A stretch of 32,049 nucleotides of DNA. Origin: a virus. Lineage: Duplodnaviria > Caudoviricetes. The notes below the pieces were generated by a model, which saw only the letters and a program-made list of their open reading frames with translations, was not told where the DNA came from and did no database searches. The position numbers were made by a program, and so were the translations under genes. Each line of letters starts with the position of its first letter. The stretch's first letter is position 1. Location: IMG/VR virus record IMGVR_UViG_3300042554_000699, positions 1-32,049 of that record; one strand, 5' to 3'. Of this stretch, positions 24,683 through 32,049 are shown in pieces.

Positions 24683-25858
24683 CTAGTTTGGTAAATCCGA
24701 GATAGGCAGGTCTAGCAATTCGGCGATTTTTTCTTTTTCTTGTCCATAAGGGAGCATGAGCAACCATTCGGCGAGCATGTCACTTTCAACGGGAACGCGA
24801 TAACCGCCCACGACAAGTCGCATTTTCTTCATTGCTTTTGCGCGAGTTTGCAGACCTTTCAACAAGTCGTCCATGTCGTCGCCGTCCCATGCTGTGCCGT
24901 CAAGGTTCGGAACTGAAAGAAGTATTTGTCTGAGCAGAGCCTCGTCGTAAGTCGCAAGGTCGGTTGTTCTGTTGTCAACCAAGACAATTCGTGTTGCGGT
25001 TTCGTCGTCGACTTCAACCCATGCAACGCCAATTGTTTTCCAGCCGAGAGCCTTTGCCGCGAGCCATGTGTGGTTACCGACGAGTATTTCTCGCGTCTGT
25101 TTGTTCACAATGATTGGTCGGTATTGACCGAGCAAGGCAAGTGATTGAGAAATCGCACCAACGTCACCTTCGCGGGCGTTGTGATGAAACGGAACAACGG
25201 AGTCAATCGGCATTTGCTGAACTTCAAGCGCGGTGTAGATAGGGTCAGAAGTTGCGTTGGGTCGGCTCAACTTTGACGCTGTTTCGACTTTCAAACCGAG
25301 GCGCGTTCCGATTTGTCTGCATGCCTTTGTTTTGTTGCCCCCACATTCGTTCAACAAGCGTTCTTCCCATGCTTGCCAAACTTTGTGGTCGACTTTGTAT
25401 CTGAAACGACCAGCAATGACTTGTTTGCGTGGCGTGATGTCCTCAGGTCGCGGTTTCGTAAAATTGACTTCTCGGTCAAGTGAGCGCGGAATGCTCTCGT
25501 ATCCCGTCGCAGTTAAATCGGGCAATGACTCCAACAAGTCGGTCAAAACGTCATGCTTGTATGAACCAAGGTCGGCTGTTCGGTTGTCAGCGAGAACGAT
25601 TTTCTTGCAAAAGTCCTCAGAGCCTTCAACCCATGTGACCGCGATTTCGCGCCAACCAAGGTCTTTTGCCGCTTGCCATACATGATGACCAGCCAAGACA
25701 CGACGGGTTGACTTATGAACAACAATTGGGCGGTATTGACCTAATCGACGAAGTGACTCTTTAATCGTGCCGACGTCACCAACTCGCGGGTTGTTCGGAA
25801 AAGAAAAGAGCGTGTCAACGTCGACCATTTCGCCATTGAGATGTGACGTCATGGTCAT
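24683..25858 (-). CDS. Protein with two tandem ParB N-terminal domains
   Basis: Internal duplication N.R.GDVG.I..SL..LGQYRPI.V.K.TR..L.G.H.W.AAK.LGW..I.V.WVE...IVL.DNRT.DL..Y. Confidence 0.88.
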   Translation of the reverse strand: MTMTSHLNGEMVDVDTLFSFPNNPRVGDVGTIKESLRRLGQYRPIVVHKSTRRVLAGHHVWQAAKDLGWREIAVTWVEGSEDFCKKIVLADNRTADLGSYKHDVLTDLLESLPDLTATGYESIPRSLDREVNFTKPRPEDITPRKQVIAGRFRYKVDHKVWQAWEERLLNECGGNKTKACRQIGTRLGLKVETASKLSRPNATSDPIYTALEVQQMPIDSVVPFHHNAREGDVGAISQSLALLGQYRPIIVNKQTREILVGNHTWLAAKALGWKTIGVAWVEVDDETATRIVLVDNRTTDLATYDEALLRQILLSVPNLDGTAWDGDDMDDLLKGLQTRAKAMKKMRLVVGGYRVPVESDMLAEWLLMLPYGQEKEKIAELLDLPISDLPN

Positions 25859-26196
25859 TCAGTTGCTTGTTCGTTTGCCTTCTTTTTGCTTGAGGTAGGC
25901 GGGAACAGGATTTTGTAGACGCTTTGGTCAGTTGTTCCCATTGCCTCAGCAATCGCTTTGTATGTCACGCGCTTGTCTGAATTGCGCTCGCCGTATTGGT
26001 AACGAAGTGCGAGGACGACTTTCTTGCGACGCTTGCCTAAGTTCAAAATTGCCTCTTGATGTTCACGCATTGACTTCGTAATAAGGCGCACTTCTTCCAA
26101 CCCGTCGTCTGCGCTTTCCAGCGTAATCTCAGGCGGGGTCGTCAAAATCTTGTCAAGCGTTTCTAGCAAGTCATTCATTTTCTCGTCCTTTCCCAT
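25855..26196 (-). CDS. HTH DNA-binding protein
   Basis: TYKAIAEAMGTTDQSVYKI helix-turn-helix; TATAGT-N6-ATG leaderless start. Confidence 0.75.
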   Translation of the reverse strand: MGKDEKMNDLLETLDKILTTPPEITLESADDGLEEVRLITKSMREHQEAILNLGKRRKKVVLALRYQYGERNSDKRVTYKAIAEAMGTTDQSVYKILFPPTSSKKKANEQATE

Positions 26197-26215
26197 TCGC
26201 GCACTATACCGCAGT

Positions 26216-26599
26216 TTACTCATCTGCCGTTAGTGGCACACCGCGAACCCAAACAATCATTGCGTCTTTTCCTTTTTGCGGTTGCAAGAAAGTAACCGAG
26301 TGCAAGTATTGAGGTGAGTCGTCTTTCAAAATGCCAGCGTCAACAATGCCGTCAATCGCCGCCTTTGCCGCAGGGTTACACGCCGCGACGTCAGCGAGTA
26401 TCCCGCCTTTTTGCCATGGTTCGATAGTGATAGTCGCGTGAGCAAGCGGTTTGTGTGTCTTGGCAAGCCAATGAAACGCCTCGCGCCATTCTTTGACGTG
26501 TTTCGCTCGCTTCATGTGGTGCCAGTTGCGTTCAGCGTTTGTTGTCCAAGGTCGCACTTTGTATTCAAACGAATAGGTGACAAGATTATCGGATGACAT
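26216..26599 (-). CDS. rusA: RusA-like Holliday junction resolvase
   Basis: P.T.N...D......K..IDG.VDAGIL.DD. Confidence 0.78.
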   Translation of the reverse strand: MSSDNLVTYSFEYKVRPWTTNAERNWHHMKRAKHVKEWREAFHWLAKTHKPLAHATITIEPWQKGGILADVAACNPAAKAAIDGIVDAGILKDDSPQYLHSVTFLQPQKGKDAMIVWVRGVPLTADE

Positions 26600-27035
26600 A
26601 ATTGCCTTCGTCGTTCAGATAAACCAAGCGACCAATGACCCTAACAGGCACGTCCGCAGGACTTGTGCCTCGCGGAACCAACCAGCCATTTTGTCGCGCT
26701 TCTTCGCGATTATGTTCAATCCAGCCATGACAACCAGTCGTGCCTGAACCGCATAGAGCCATGAGGTTGCTCATCTGATTAAGTGACTCGTCATGACTTC
26801 CCCCCATGCCTCGTGGCGTTCGGTGATGAACACTCACATGCTCACCCTCGCCAAGTCGCTTCCCGCAACGTTCGCAAAGAAACCCAGAACGCATAAAGAC
26901 AAGCATGCGCAACTCTTTGACGGGCGTTTTAATGACCTTCTTAGCGGTTGTGCGTCGTTTTCTTTTCGGTTTCGGGAACATAACCGCACTTTCGTCCAGC
27001 GCCTTGCTATCCCGCCTTCTAGGCGTTTTTTGCAT
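26586..27035 (-). CDS. HNH endonuclease
   Basis: CERC...HHR..R..GG.....NL..LCGSGTTGCHGWIE. Confidence 0.88.
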   Translation of the reverse strand: MQKTPRRRDSKALDESAVMFPKPKRKRRTTAKKVIKTPVKELRMLVFMRSGFLCERCGKRLGEGEHVSVHHRTPRGMGGSHDESLNQMSNLMALCGSGTTGCHGWIEHNREEARQNGWLVPRGTSPADVPVRVIGRLVYLNDEGNYVIR

Positions 27036-27196
27036 TAGTCAGCAAACGCTGACTTTGAGGCTTTGTTGACCGCGTCAAGGCATGTTTCGCAAGGCAACGC
27101 CTCGCCGACTTCCTCAATTGAACGAACACCGCAGATTGCAGTCCCGTTGACAACCGCATGACGTCGACCAATCATCTTTTTCCAAACCAAACTCAT
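27035..27196 (-). CDS. Small zinc-finger-like protein (53 aa)
   Basis: My translation MSLVWKKMIGRRHAVVNGTAICG...PCETCL; overlaps both neighbours. Confidence 0.55.
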   Translation of the reverse strand: MSLVWKKMIGRRHAVVNGTAICGVRSIEEVGEALPCETCLDAVNKASKSAFAD

Positions 27197-27687
27197 TTGT
27201 TACTCCAATTCTTCGCAAGTGCGGCAATTGCTGTGTTCATTGTATCGGAGTCACTCAACCCCCCGCTAGTCTTTCTTTTCGTTTTCTTAGATAAAGGCTT
27301 TTTATTTCTTTGTATTTGTTTCTTTGTAAAAGCGCCGTCTATACCGACGCCAGTATTGCCGACGCCGGGATAGCCGTCGTCGGTGTTTTGAGGTTCGTCG
27401 AAAACGTAGTAGTTCGTACTGAACTGACCCGTCTTTGGGTGCTTTTCTTTGCGCCTAATCAGATACCCGCATGCTTCAAGTTCTTTGAGTGCGGTTCGTA
27501 TCGCGTCACGTCCTTCACGCCCGCCCGATTGTTGAGCGAGGGTTTCAGACGAGGTGCGCCAATCGTCGGGTCGGCTGAGTATTGCGGCAAGTATCCCGCG
27601 AGCGCGGAATGACATGCGGTCGTCCGTCAAGACGCTGTTTTTGATGATAGTGAACTTTGTTTGAGGTCGCGCCGTTCTGATAATCAT
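27193..27687 (-). CDS. Phage replication-initiator-like winged-HTH protein
   Basis: FT.I.N..L.D..MSF.ARG.L...LS.P..W.......G.DAI..AL.EL...GY. Confidence 0.8.
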   Translation of the reverse strand: MIIRTARPQTKFTIIKNSVLTDDRMSFRARGILAAILSRPDDWRTSSETLAQQSGGREGRDAIRTALKELEACGYLIRRKEKHPKTGQFSTNYYVFDEPQNTDDGYPGVGNTGVGIDGAFTKKQIQRNKKPLSKKTKRKTSGGLSDSDTMNTAIAALAKNWSNK

Positions 27688-27743
27688 GTCAGGGGTCGCC
27701 TGTAAGATTTGGTTTGCATAGTAAGTCCTTCTTAACGCGCAAG

Positions 27744-27780
27744 TCACGCCCCTCGTCAATCCGTCAGACGAGGGGCGTGA
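27744..27780 (-). terminator. 14-bp stem-loop after the ERF gene (possible terminator or processing site)
   Basis: TCACGCCCCTCGTC-N9-GACGAGGGGCGTGA; no clear U-tract. Confidence 0.55.
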
Positions 27781-27800
27781 ACATTACATGGATTTATTTG

Positions 27801-28454
27801 TTAGTCAATTGACTGTGCTTCGACATTTGAAAGTTCCTCACGTCGAGTTGTGTAAGTCGTGCGCAATGACTCCGTCGTTTCTTTCGGAATGTCATAACCA
27901 CGAACTATCTGCGCCAATCCGTCAAGTTCGGCGAGTGTTTGCGCGTTTTGCATTTGAACGCCCCATGCCTCAACTTGCTCATAGGTTGCGTGAGGTTTTG
28001 CCTCGGCACGTTCGTATGAATAGGAGTCAGGGTCAGGTTCGTCGGTAGGTAACGCGAGTGCTTGAAGTAACGCGATACGAAACGCGACGGACATTGCTTT
28101 TGGGGTCGCCTTGTCACCTGCGTCCATTGCCTCGCCCAAAACTGTGCATGACAATGAGTCGCCTTCTGTTCCTGTGAAGGTGTATTTGACGCGAACAATG
28201 ACATGTTCCATTTGAGTGCGGTTGCGACCGACTTCAACTGTTGAGTATGTATGTTCGAGGACTTCGGGCATGACGATAACTCCATGCTCTCGAAGTGCTG
28301 GCGCGACGGCGTTGACAACTGCGTCAATGCCTCGGAATGAGAAGTTTTGTGCTGTATTGCGGTCAGTTTTCTTAACCGCGTTCACGTCGTTCATGACGCG
28401 AGATAGCAACACTTGAATAGACGCGCTTGCTGGCGTTTCTGTTTTTGTTGTCAT
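27801..28454 (-). CDS. ERF family single-strand annealing recombinase
   Basis: V.K...N..Q.F.FRGID.V......L..HG...GE..D.GDKA..KA.S.A.R.AL...L.LPT. Confidence 0.9.
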   Translation of the reverse strand: MTTKTETPASASIQVLLSRVMNDVNAVKKTDRNTAQNFSFRGIDAVVNAVAPALREHGVIVMPEVLEHTYSTVEVGRNRTQMEHVIVRVKYTFTGTEGDSLSCTVLGEAMDAGDKATPKAMSVAFRIALLQALALPTDEPDPDSYSYERAEAKPHATYEQVEAWGVQMQNAQTLAELDGLAQIVRGYDIPKETTESLRTTYTTRREELSNVEAQSID

Positions 28455-28951
28455 GCACCTGCCTCGATTTCTAGTGGTTCGTCAATAAGAAGTTCGGCAG
28501 GGTTGATTGCGCCTGAACGAAATGCGCTTGCAATGACGTCACGTCCGTCTTTTGAGAAACGGGTTGAAACGTATGACTCGCGGGATTTGAAACTGATGAA
28601 TGGCAACACCTCGCCTGTCGGTGTGTAGATTGCCTCGCCGTTCACTTCAACGACATTTTCAAGAAATGCTTTCTTGTAAGAGTCGCGAACTGAACGAACT
28701 ATCTCAGCAGGGTTTGAGTTTTCGACGTATGCAACAAACGCACTTTCATGCAATACGACGGGACTTGATTTAGGACTTACAAGTGAAACTTTGGCGACTT
28801 CTGTTCCTTCAAGAGCGGCTTTTGCGGCGTCTGCGCCAACTGCATTTAGTTGGGTGGCAAACTCGTCACGGAGTCGGTCTTTCGCTTCCTTTGCGGCGTC
28901 TGCAACTACTGTGATAGCGGCAAGTCGTAAAGCGAGTTCGCGTAGGTTCAT
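28451..28951 (-). CDS. Hypothetical protein co-transcribed with ERF
   Basis: AAAGGAGG RBS before MNLREL; ATGA overlap with ERF. Confidence 0.75.
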   Translation of the reverse strand: MNLRELALRLAAITVVADAAKEAKDRLRDEFATQLNAVGADAAKAALEGTEVAKVSLVSPKSSPVVLHESAFVAYVENSNPAEIVRSVRDSYKKAFLENVVEVNGEAIYTPTGEVLPFISFKSRESYVSTRFSKDGRDVIASAFRSGAINPAELLIDEPLEIEAGA

Positions 28952-29041
28952 TTGTGTCCTCCTTTCGTGGTAGTAGGAGTGCCTTTCGGCGTGCGTCAAA
29001 CATAACGCCCGTTTGGTTATTCTTCAACCATAACGAACTTG

Positions 29042-29064
29042 ATGTTATAGGAAACCTCTGACAA
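29042..29064 (-). promoter_or_regulatory. RecA-NDp/PafBC-type promoter upstream of the ERF operon
   Basis: TTGTCAGAG-N8-TAACAT, one mismatch to the consensus. Confidence 0.6.
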
Positions 29065-29107
29065 AATTGTTTTGCTTCTTCGTGGTTGCCCTTAAATGGG
29101 CGGAAGC

Positions 29108-29145
29108 ACAAAACCCGCTCGACGCATGTGCCGAGCGGGTTTTGT
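29108..29145. terminator. Intrinsic terminator after the lysis cassette (bidirectional shape)
   Basis: ACAAAACCCGCTCG-N10-CGAGCGGGTTTTGT. Confidence 0.8.
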
Positions 29146-29163
29146 TTTGTCCCTAGGAAGGAA

Positions 29164-29661
29164 TTACCACTTAGGTCGAGCAACCGCCATGACTAATGTG
29201 TAAGGACGCTTCTTTAGATAAACGCCGTCACCATTGCTTTGTGACCCTTTTTTGTCGCCTGATGTATTGCCTTCGTAGCAGAGCATGTAACCCTTGTCTG
29301 GAAAGTTCTTGTAAACAATTCCAACATGGTCAGGGTCGGCGTCTGCGTCAAACTGGAAGAACGCAATGTCTCCCGCTTGTGCGCCACCGATAGTTACAAG
29401 TTGCTTTTGCTTTGTGAAATGCTTTAATCCAACCGCGCATGACGCAAAACCTTTTTTGGTTTGGCTTGCAACAAGTGGAGTTAGGTTTGCCTCTTTGAAG
29501 CACCATGACACGAACATTGCGCACCATGGTTGATTGTTCAAACCAAACCACTTGCCCATGATTGTGTCGTTGTTTAGACCTTCTTGGTAACCTTCGTCGG
29601 CTAATTTCTGAGCCGCCTTGATTACTGCAATAACACCCGCAGGTAATTGAGTTGTTGACAT
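29164..29661 (-). CDS. CHAP-domain endolysin
   Basis: QPWCAMFVSWC (catalytic Cys), GDI.FF, HVGIV (His), EGNT. Confidence 0.9.
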   Translation of the reverse strand: MSTTQLPAGVIAVIKAAQKLADEGYQEGLNNDTIMGKWFGLNNQPWCAMFVSWCFKEANLTPLVASQTKKGFASCAVGLKHFTKQKQLVTIGGAQAGDIAFFQFDADADPDHVGIVYKNFPDKGYMLCYEGNTSGDKKGSQSNGDGVYLKKRPYTLVMAVARPKW

Positions 29662-29663
29662 GA

Positions 29664-29873
29664 TTAGTTCGTCTTTCCAAAAGCGTCGTCGTTAGGGTTT
29701 AACGCTCTCATGAGAACTGGAAGAACTGCGGCTACTCCTGCGCCCACAATTGCCTTGACGCTATCGCTATTCAGCGCGAATAGGTCGCCACCTGTTGCCA
29801 TGAAAGATGCAAGTGCCGCCGCCATGAATGAACGTCCATAAGACGCGAGCATTGCCTTCATTGTGTTTGTCAT
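29664..29873 (-). CDS. Putative holin
   Basis: SYGRSF.AA..., two TM helices, R.LNP.D..FG; adjacent to the endolysin. Confidence 0.7.
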   Translation of the reverse strand: MTNTMKAMLASYGRSFMAAALASFMATGGDLFALNSDSVKAIVGAGVAAVLPVLMRALNPNDDAFGKTN

Positions 29874-30109
29874 TATTTCTCCTTAGCGTTTTTGTCGACT
29901 GAGTTGAAAACAGAGTCGATTTCGTGCATTTCCAACTTGCCGTCGTCCATGTATGCGCGAGCAAGACCTTCAACGACCTTTGCAACGCCCAAACCGCCAG
30001 CAAGTGCGATTGACTTCCAGACCTCAATGCCAACCAATGAGCCAGCGCCGACGACTGAAAGTCCTTGTGCCGCGAAAACGGCAAGAATTCTTAAAAGTAT
30101 TTGCTTCAT
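29873..30109 (-). CDS. Putative holin-like membrane protein
   Basis: Two hydrophobic segments, DDGKL...EID motif; in the lysis cassette. Confidence 0.6.
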   Translation of the reverse strand: MKQILLRILAVFAAQGLSVVGAGSLVGIEVWKSIALAGGLGVAKVVEGLARAYMDDGKLEMHEIDSVFNSVDKNAKEK

Positions 30110-30342
30110 GCGGATAATGTTTCTTTCTTGCGACTACGCGCTTTGTGTTCACCTAAATGAACGTCGATTTTTGAGTCAACCTTGTCTACTTTTGCGTCAA
30201 CGTTTTGAATTGAACTCATGATGATGTTTAAGGCGTGAGCGGTTTCTGCATGTTGCGCCTCGTTGTCTTTCTTAAAACTGCCTAACTTGGCAATAATCGC
30301 AATAGCGAGTGGCACAATGACCAGCGAAACCCATTCCAGCAT
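30106..30342 (-). CDS. Membrane protein (N-terminal TM plus coiled coil)
   Basis: Architecture typical of actinophage lysis-adjacent membrane proteins. Confidence 0.65.
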   Translation of the reverse strand: MLEWVSLVIVPLAIAIIAKLGSFKKDNEAQHAETAHALNIIMSSIQNVDAKVDKVDSKIDVHLGEHKARSRKKETLSA

Positions 30343-30411
30343 ACTCAACCCCTGTTAGTAATCTGACAATCTAGAACAAGTCTAATTGAGGATTTGGAAC
30401 GTCAAGTGGAA

Positions 30412-31080
30412 TTAAGAACCTAGATAAACAAAAGCAAGATTTGGCTTGTTGTCGACCGCGCCTTTCAAGTCAAGCGTGCCGCTTGATGATTGCCATACTT
30501 GGAACTCAAGATAGTCGCCTCGCTCGAATGTGTGAGGCGGGGCGGTGAAATTGCAATGAGTGTCTAGTGAGTTTGAAACAGGGTTGAAGTTGTTAACTGA
30601 GATTTCTGTTGTGCCATTGAGCAAGATTCTGAACTCGCGGTGTCCTGTATTTGACGCGCTGAAACAACCGCCCGCAGAGACAAGGTAGCGACCATTAAGA
30701 GGAACAGTTAGCCGCGTTGGATTAGCCGCCGACCAACAACCCCATGCGTCGCTCTGCGCTGAACTGAACGTGACTGTTGTGTAAGTTGCATGAGGAATTG
30801 ACTGGTTTGTTGTCCTGATTGCCTTAGGTGAGAGCGTTTTGTCAGCGCGACCGACATGACCAATAGCAAGCATGTCATTGTTGTCTGTGATAACCCAGAT
30901 GTGATACCCCGGCAAAGGCGCAACGTTTGAAAGGTAGCGAACATTAGGCAAGACGCCTGTGTCGCCCGCAATCTTGACGTCAATTGTGTAGTCGTCGTTA
31001 ATTGTGACAACTTCGGCTTGCCTTAATCGTAAGTTTTGCTGAGGTGCGCGTAATTGCTTAACAAGAAAGTCCATGTCCAT
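30412..31080 (-). CDS. Minor tail protein
   Basis: N-terminal OB-like segment; C-terminal beta-sandwich (PTRLTVP..G.Y...GDYLEFQVWQ.S). Confidence 0.7.
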   Translation of the reverse strand: MDMDFLVKQLRAPQQNLRLRQAEVVTINDDYTIDVKIAGDTGVLPNVRYLSNVAPLPGYHIWVITDNNDMLAIGHVGRADKTLSPKAIRTTNQSIPHATYTTVTFSSAQSDAWGCWSAANPTRLTVPLNGRYLVSAGGCFSASNTGHREFRILLNGTTEISVNNFNPVSNSLDTHCNFTAPPHTFERGDYLEFQVWQSSSGTLDLKGAVDNKPNLAFVYLGS

Positions 31081-32049
31081 TAGAAGCGTCGACTCCTTGC
31101 TACCGCGCTCATTGTCGCCTCGGCTGATAGTGGAACAGTTACCGCGTCAAGAATAAGGGTCGCGTCAACCTTTGAAGGTGTGCGCACAACTCGAACAAGG
31201 TCATAGACGTCTTGGGCGGGATTGACAAGTTGGTTCCATTCAATCTTTTCAGCCGCGCCAATTACTTTGCGCAATTCTGCAACGGCGGCGACTTCGGCTT
31301 CTTCAACTGTCAAAACTGTCGCGCTCGTTTTGAACATTGGCACCTCGCCGTATGTCTTGCGATAGGTCGGTGAGTTTGGGTTGTCGTCCCATGCCGTTCC
31401 GATAACGCCAATAGTCAAGTTCGTGCCTTCGCCTGTGAAGATAACCCCGTTGTAAGAGTCGTCTGTTGTCAAGTCGCGCTTCAATGACGTGATGACCGCT
31501 TCTTCGTTGTCCAAGTATTCAATGTCTACGACGCCTGTGTCAGGGTCAGGAATGTTGCGCAGACGAGCGACGCCGTTGACGTCAAAGTAAAGGTCTACGC
31601 CAGCCGACTTAGCAATCTCCATTGCTTGTTTCCATGGGTCAGATGACTGGTCAAGGGTGGGATAGAGAACTGTGGTCGTTTGATTTGTTGCAATAAAGTC
31701 GGTTTCGGTTTCAGGAACGCGGTCAAGCAAGATTTGTCGAATTGCGTCCTCTTTGGCTGTGCCTTCGTCAATCCAAAAGTCATTGGTATACCACTTGCGC
31801 TTTGAGATACGCCATGAGCGGTCAGAACCTTCAAGGGTGATTTTCACGCCGTCTTGTCCGTCGTCAATGCCGACTTTGGTAATGATAAACACGCCCAGAG
31901 GCACAAGTTCCTCTGTCCCGTCTTCATACCGAACGCCTCGGTGTATGCGCAGTTCTCGATTGAAAGGCGATAGCGTCGCAAACCCGTTAGCAGGAACGAG
32001 CGTTCCGTCTACGTCAACGACTGTGAGTTCGCATTGGCGTCGAATGTCG
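31080..32049 (-). CDS. Minor tail protein (DUF5047-like), 5' end outside the window
   Basis: Frame stays open to the window edge (DIRRQCELTVVD...LSPFNRELRIHRGVRYEDGTEELVPLGVF); FD..G...YNGV...YG.VP motifs. Confidence 0.75.
   Translation of the reverse strand, partial: DIRRQCELTVVDVDGTLVPANGFATLSPFNRELRIHRGVRYEDGTEELVPLGVFIITKVGIDDGQDGVKITLEGSDRSWRISKRKWYTNDFWIDEGTAKEDAIRQILLDRVPETETDFIATNQTTTVLYPTLDQSSDPWKQAMEIAKSAGVDLYFDVNGVARLRNIPDPDTGVVDIEYLDNEEAVITSLKRDLTTDDSYNGVIFTGEGTNLTIGVIGTAWDDNPNSPTYRKTYGEVPMFKTSATVLTVEEAEVAAVAELRKVIGAAEKIEWNQLVNPAQDVYDLVRVVRTPSKVDATLILDAVTVPLSAEATMSAVARSRRF

Larger units (their letters stand above)
1..32049. mobile_element. Segment of a tailed bacteriophage (Caudoviricetes) genome, probable actinophage
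   Basis: TerL/TerS, portal, MuF, prohead protease, tail, holin and endolysin genes in dense, co-oriented, overlapping ORFs; WhiB genes point to an actinobacterial host; no bacterial housekeeping genes. Confidence 0.96.

Noticed and set aside
327-30221. Numerous plus-strand ORFs in the track (e.g. 3920-4222, 14876-15379, 25257-25685)
   Set aside because: Antisense shadows of well-supported minus-strand genes, with no RBS or motifs; only 16971-17780 is credible
30350-30370. TTGTCAG upstream of the lysis genes as a fourth PafBC-type promoter
   Set aside because: No TAnnnT at the required spacing
1-32049. Integrase, att sites, tRNA or rRNA genes, alternative genetic code
   Set aside because: None recognised; intergenic gaps are short and genes read intact with all three standard stop codons, so lifestyle cannot be determined from this window

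Overview
About 32 kb of a tailed dsDNA phage genome, almost entirely on the minus strand. The host is most likely an Actinobacterium: there are two WhiB-like genes, an actinobacterial-type SSB, leaderless promoters and RecA-NDp/PafBC-type promoters. In transcription order (right to left) the window holds: minor tail genes; holins and a CHAP endolysin; ERF recombinase, replication-initiator-like HTH, HNH and RusA; a 7-deazaguanine cluster (tandem ParB, DpdA/TGT-like, ParB, YhhQ/VUT transporter, QueF, QueC) abutting TerS/TerL; a ~9.4 kb accessory block with repeated promoter and RBS motifs, DUF932, Gp88-like, transglycosylase, WhiB x2 and SSB; then the head module (portal, a 1748-aa MuF-kinase-ADP-ribosyltransferase protein, a small candidate immunity protein, a multidomain XkdF-type protease and a Dps ferritin truncated by the window edge). 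The most notable items are a salvage-type deazaguanine modification cluster lacking FolE/QueD/QueE in this window, a putative capsid-delivered effector and cargo system, and PafBC-type DNA-damage promoters in front of ssb, DUF932 and the ERF operon. All assignments come from motif recognition by eye; no searches were run.
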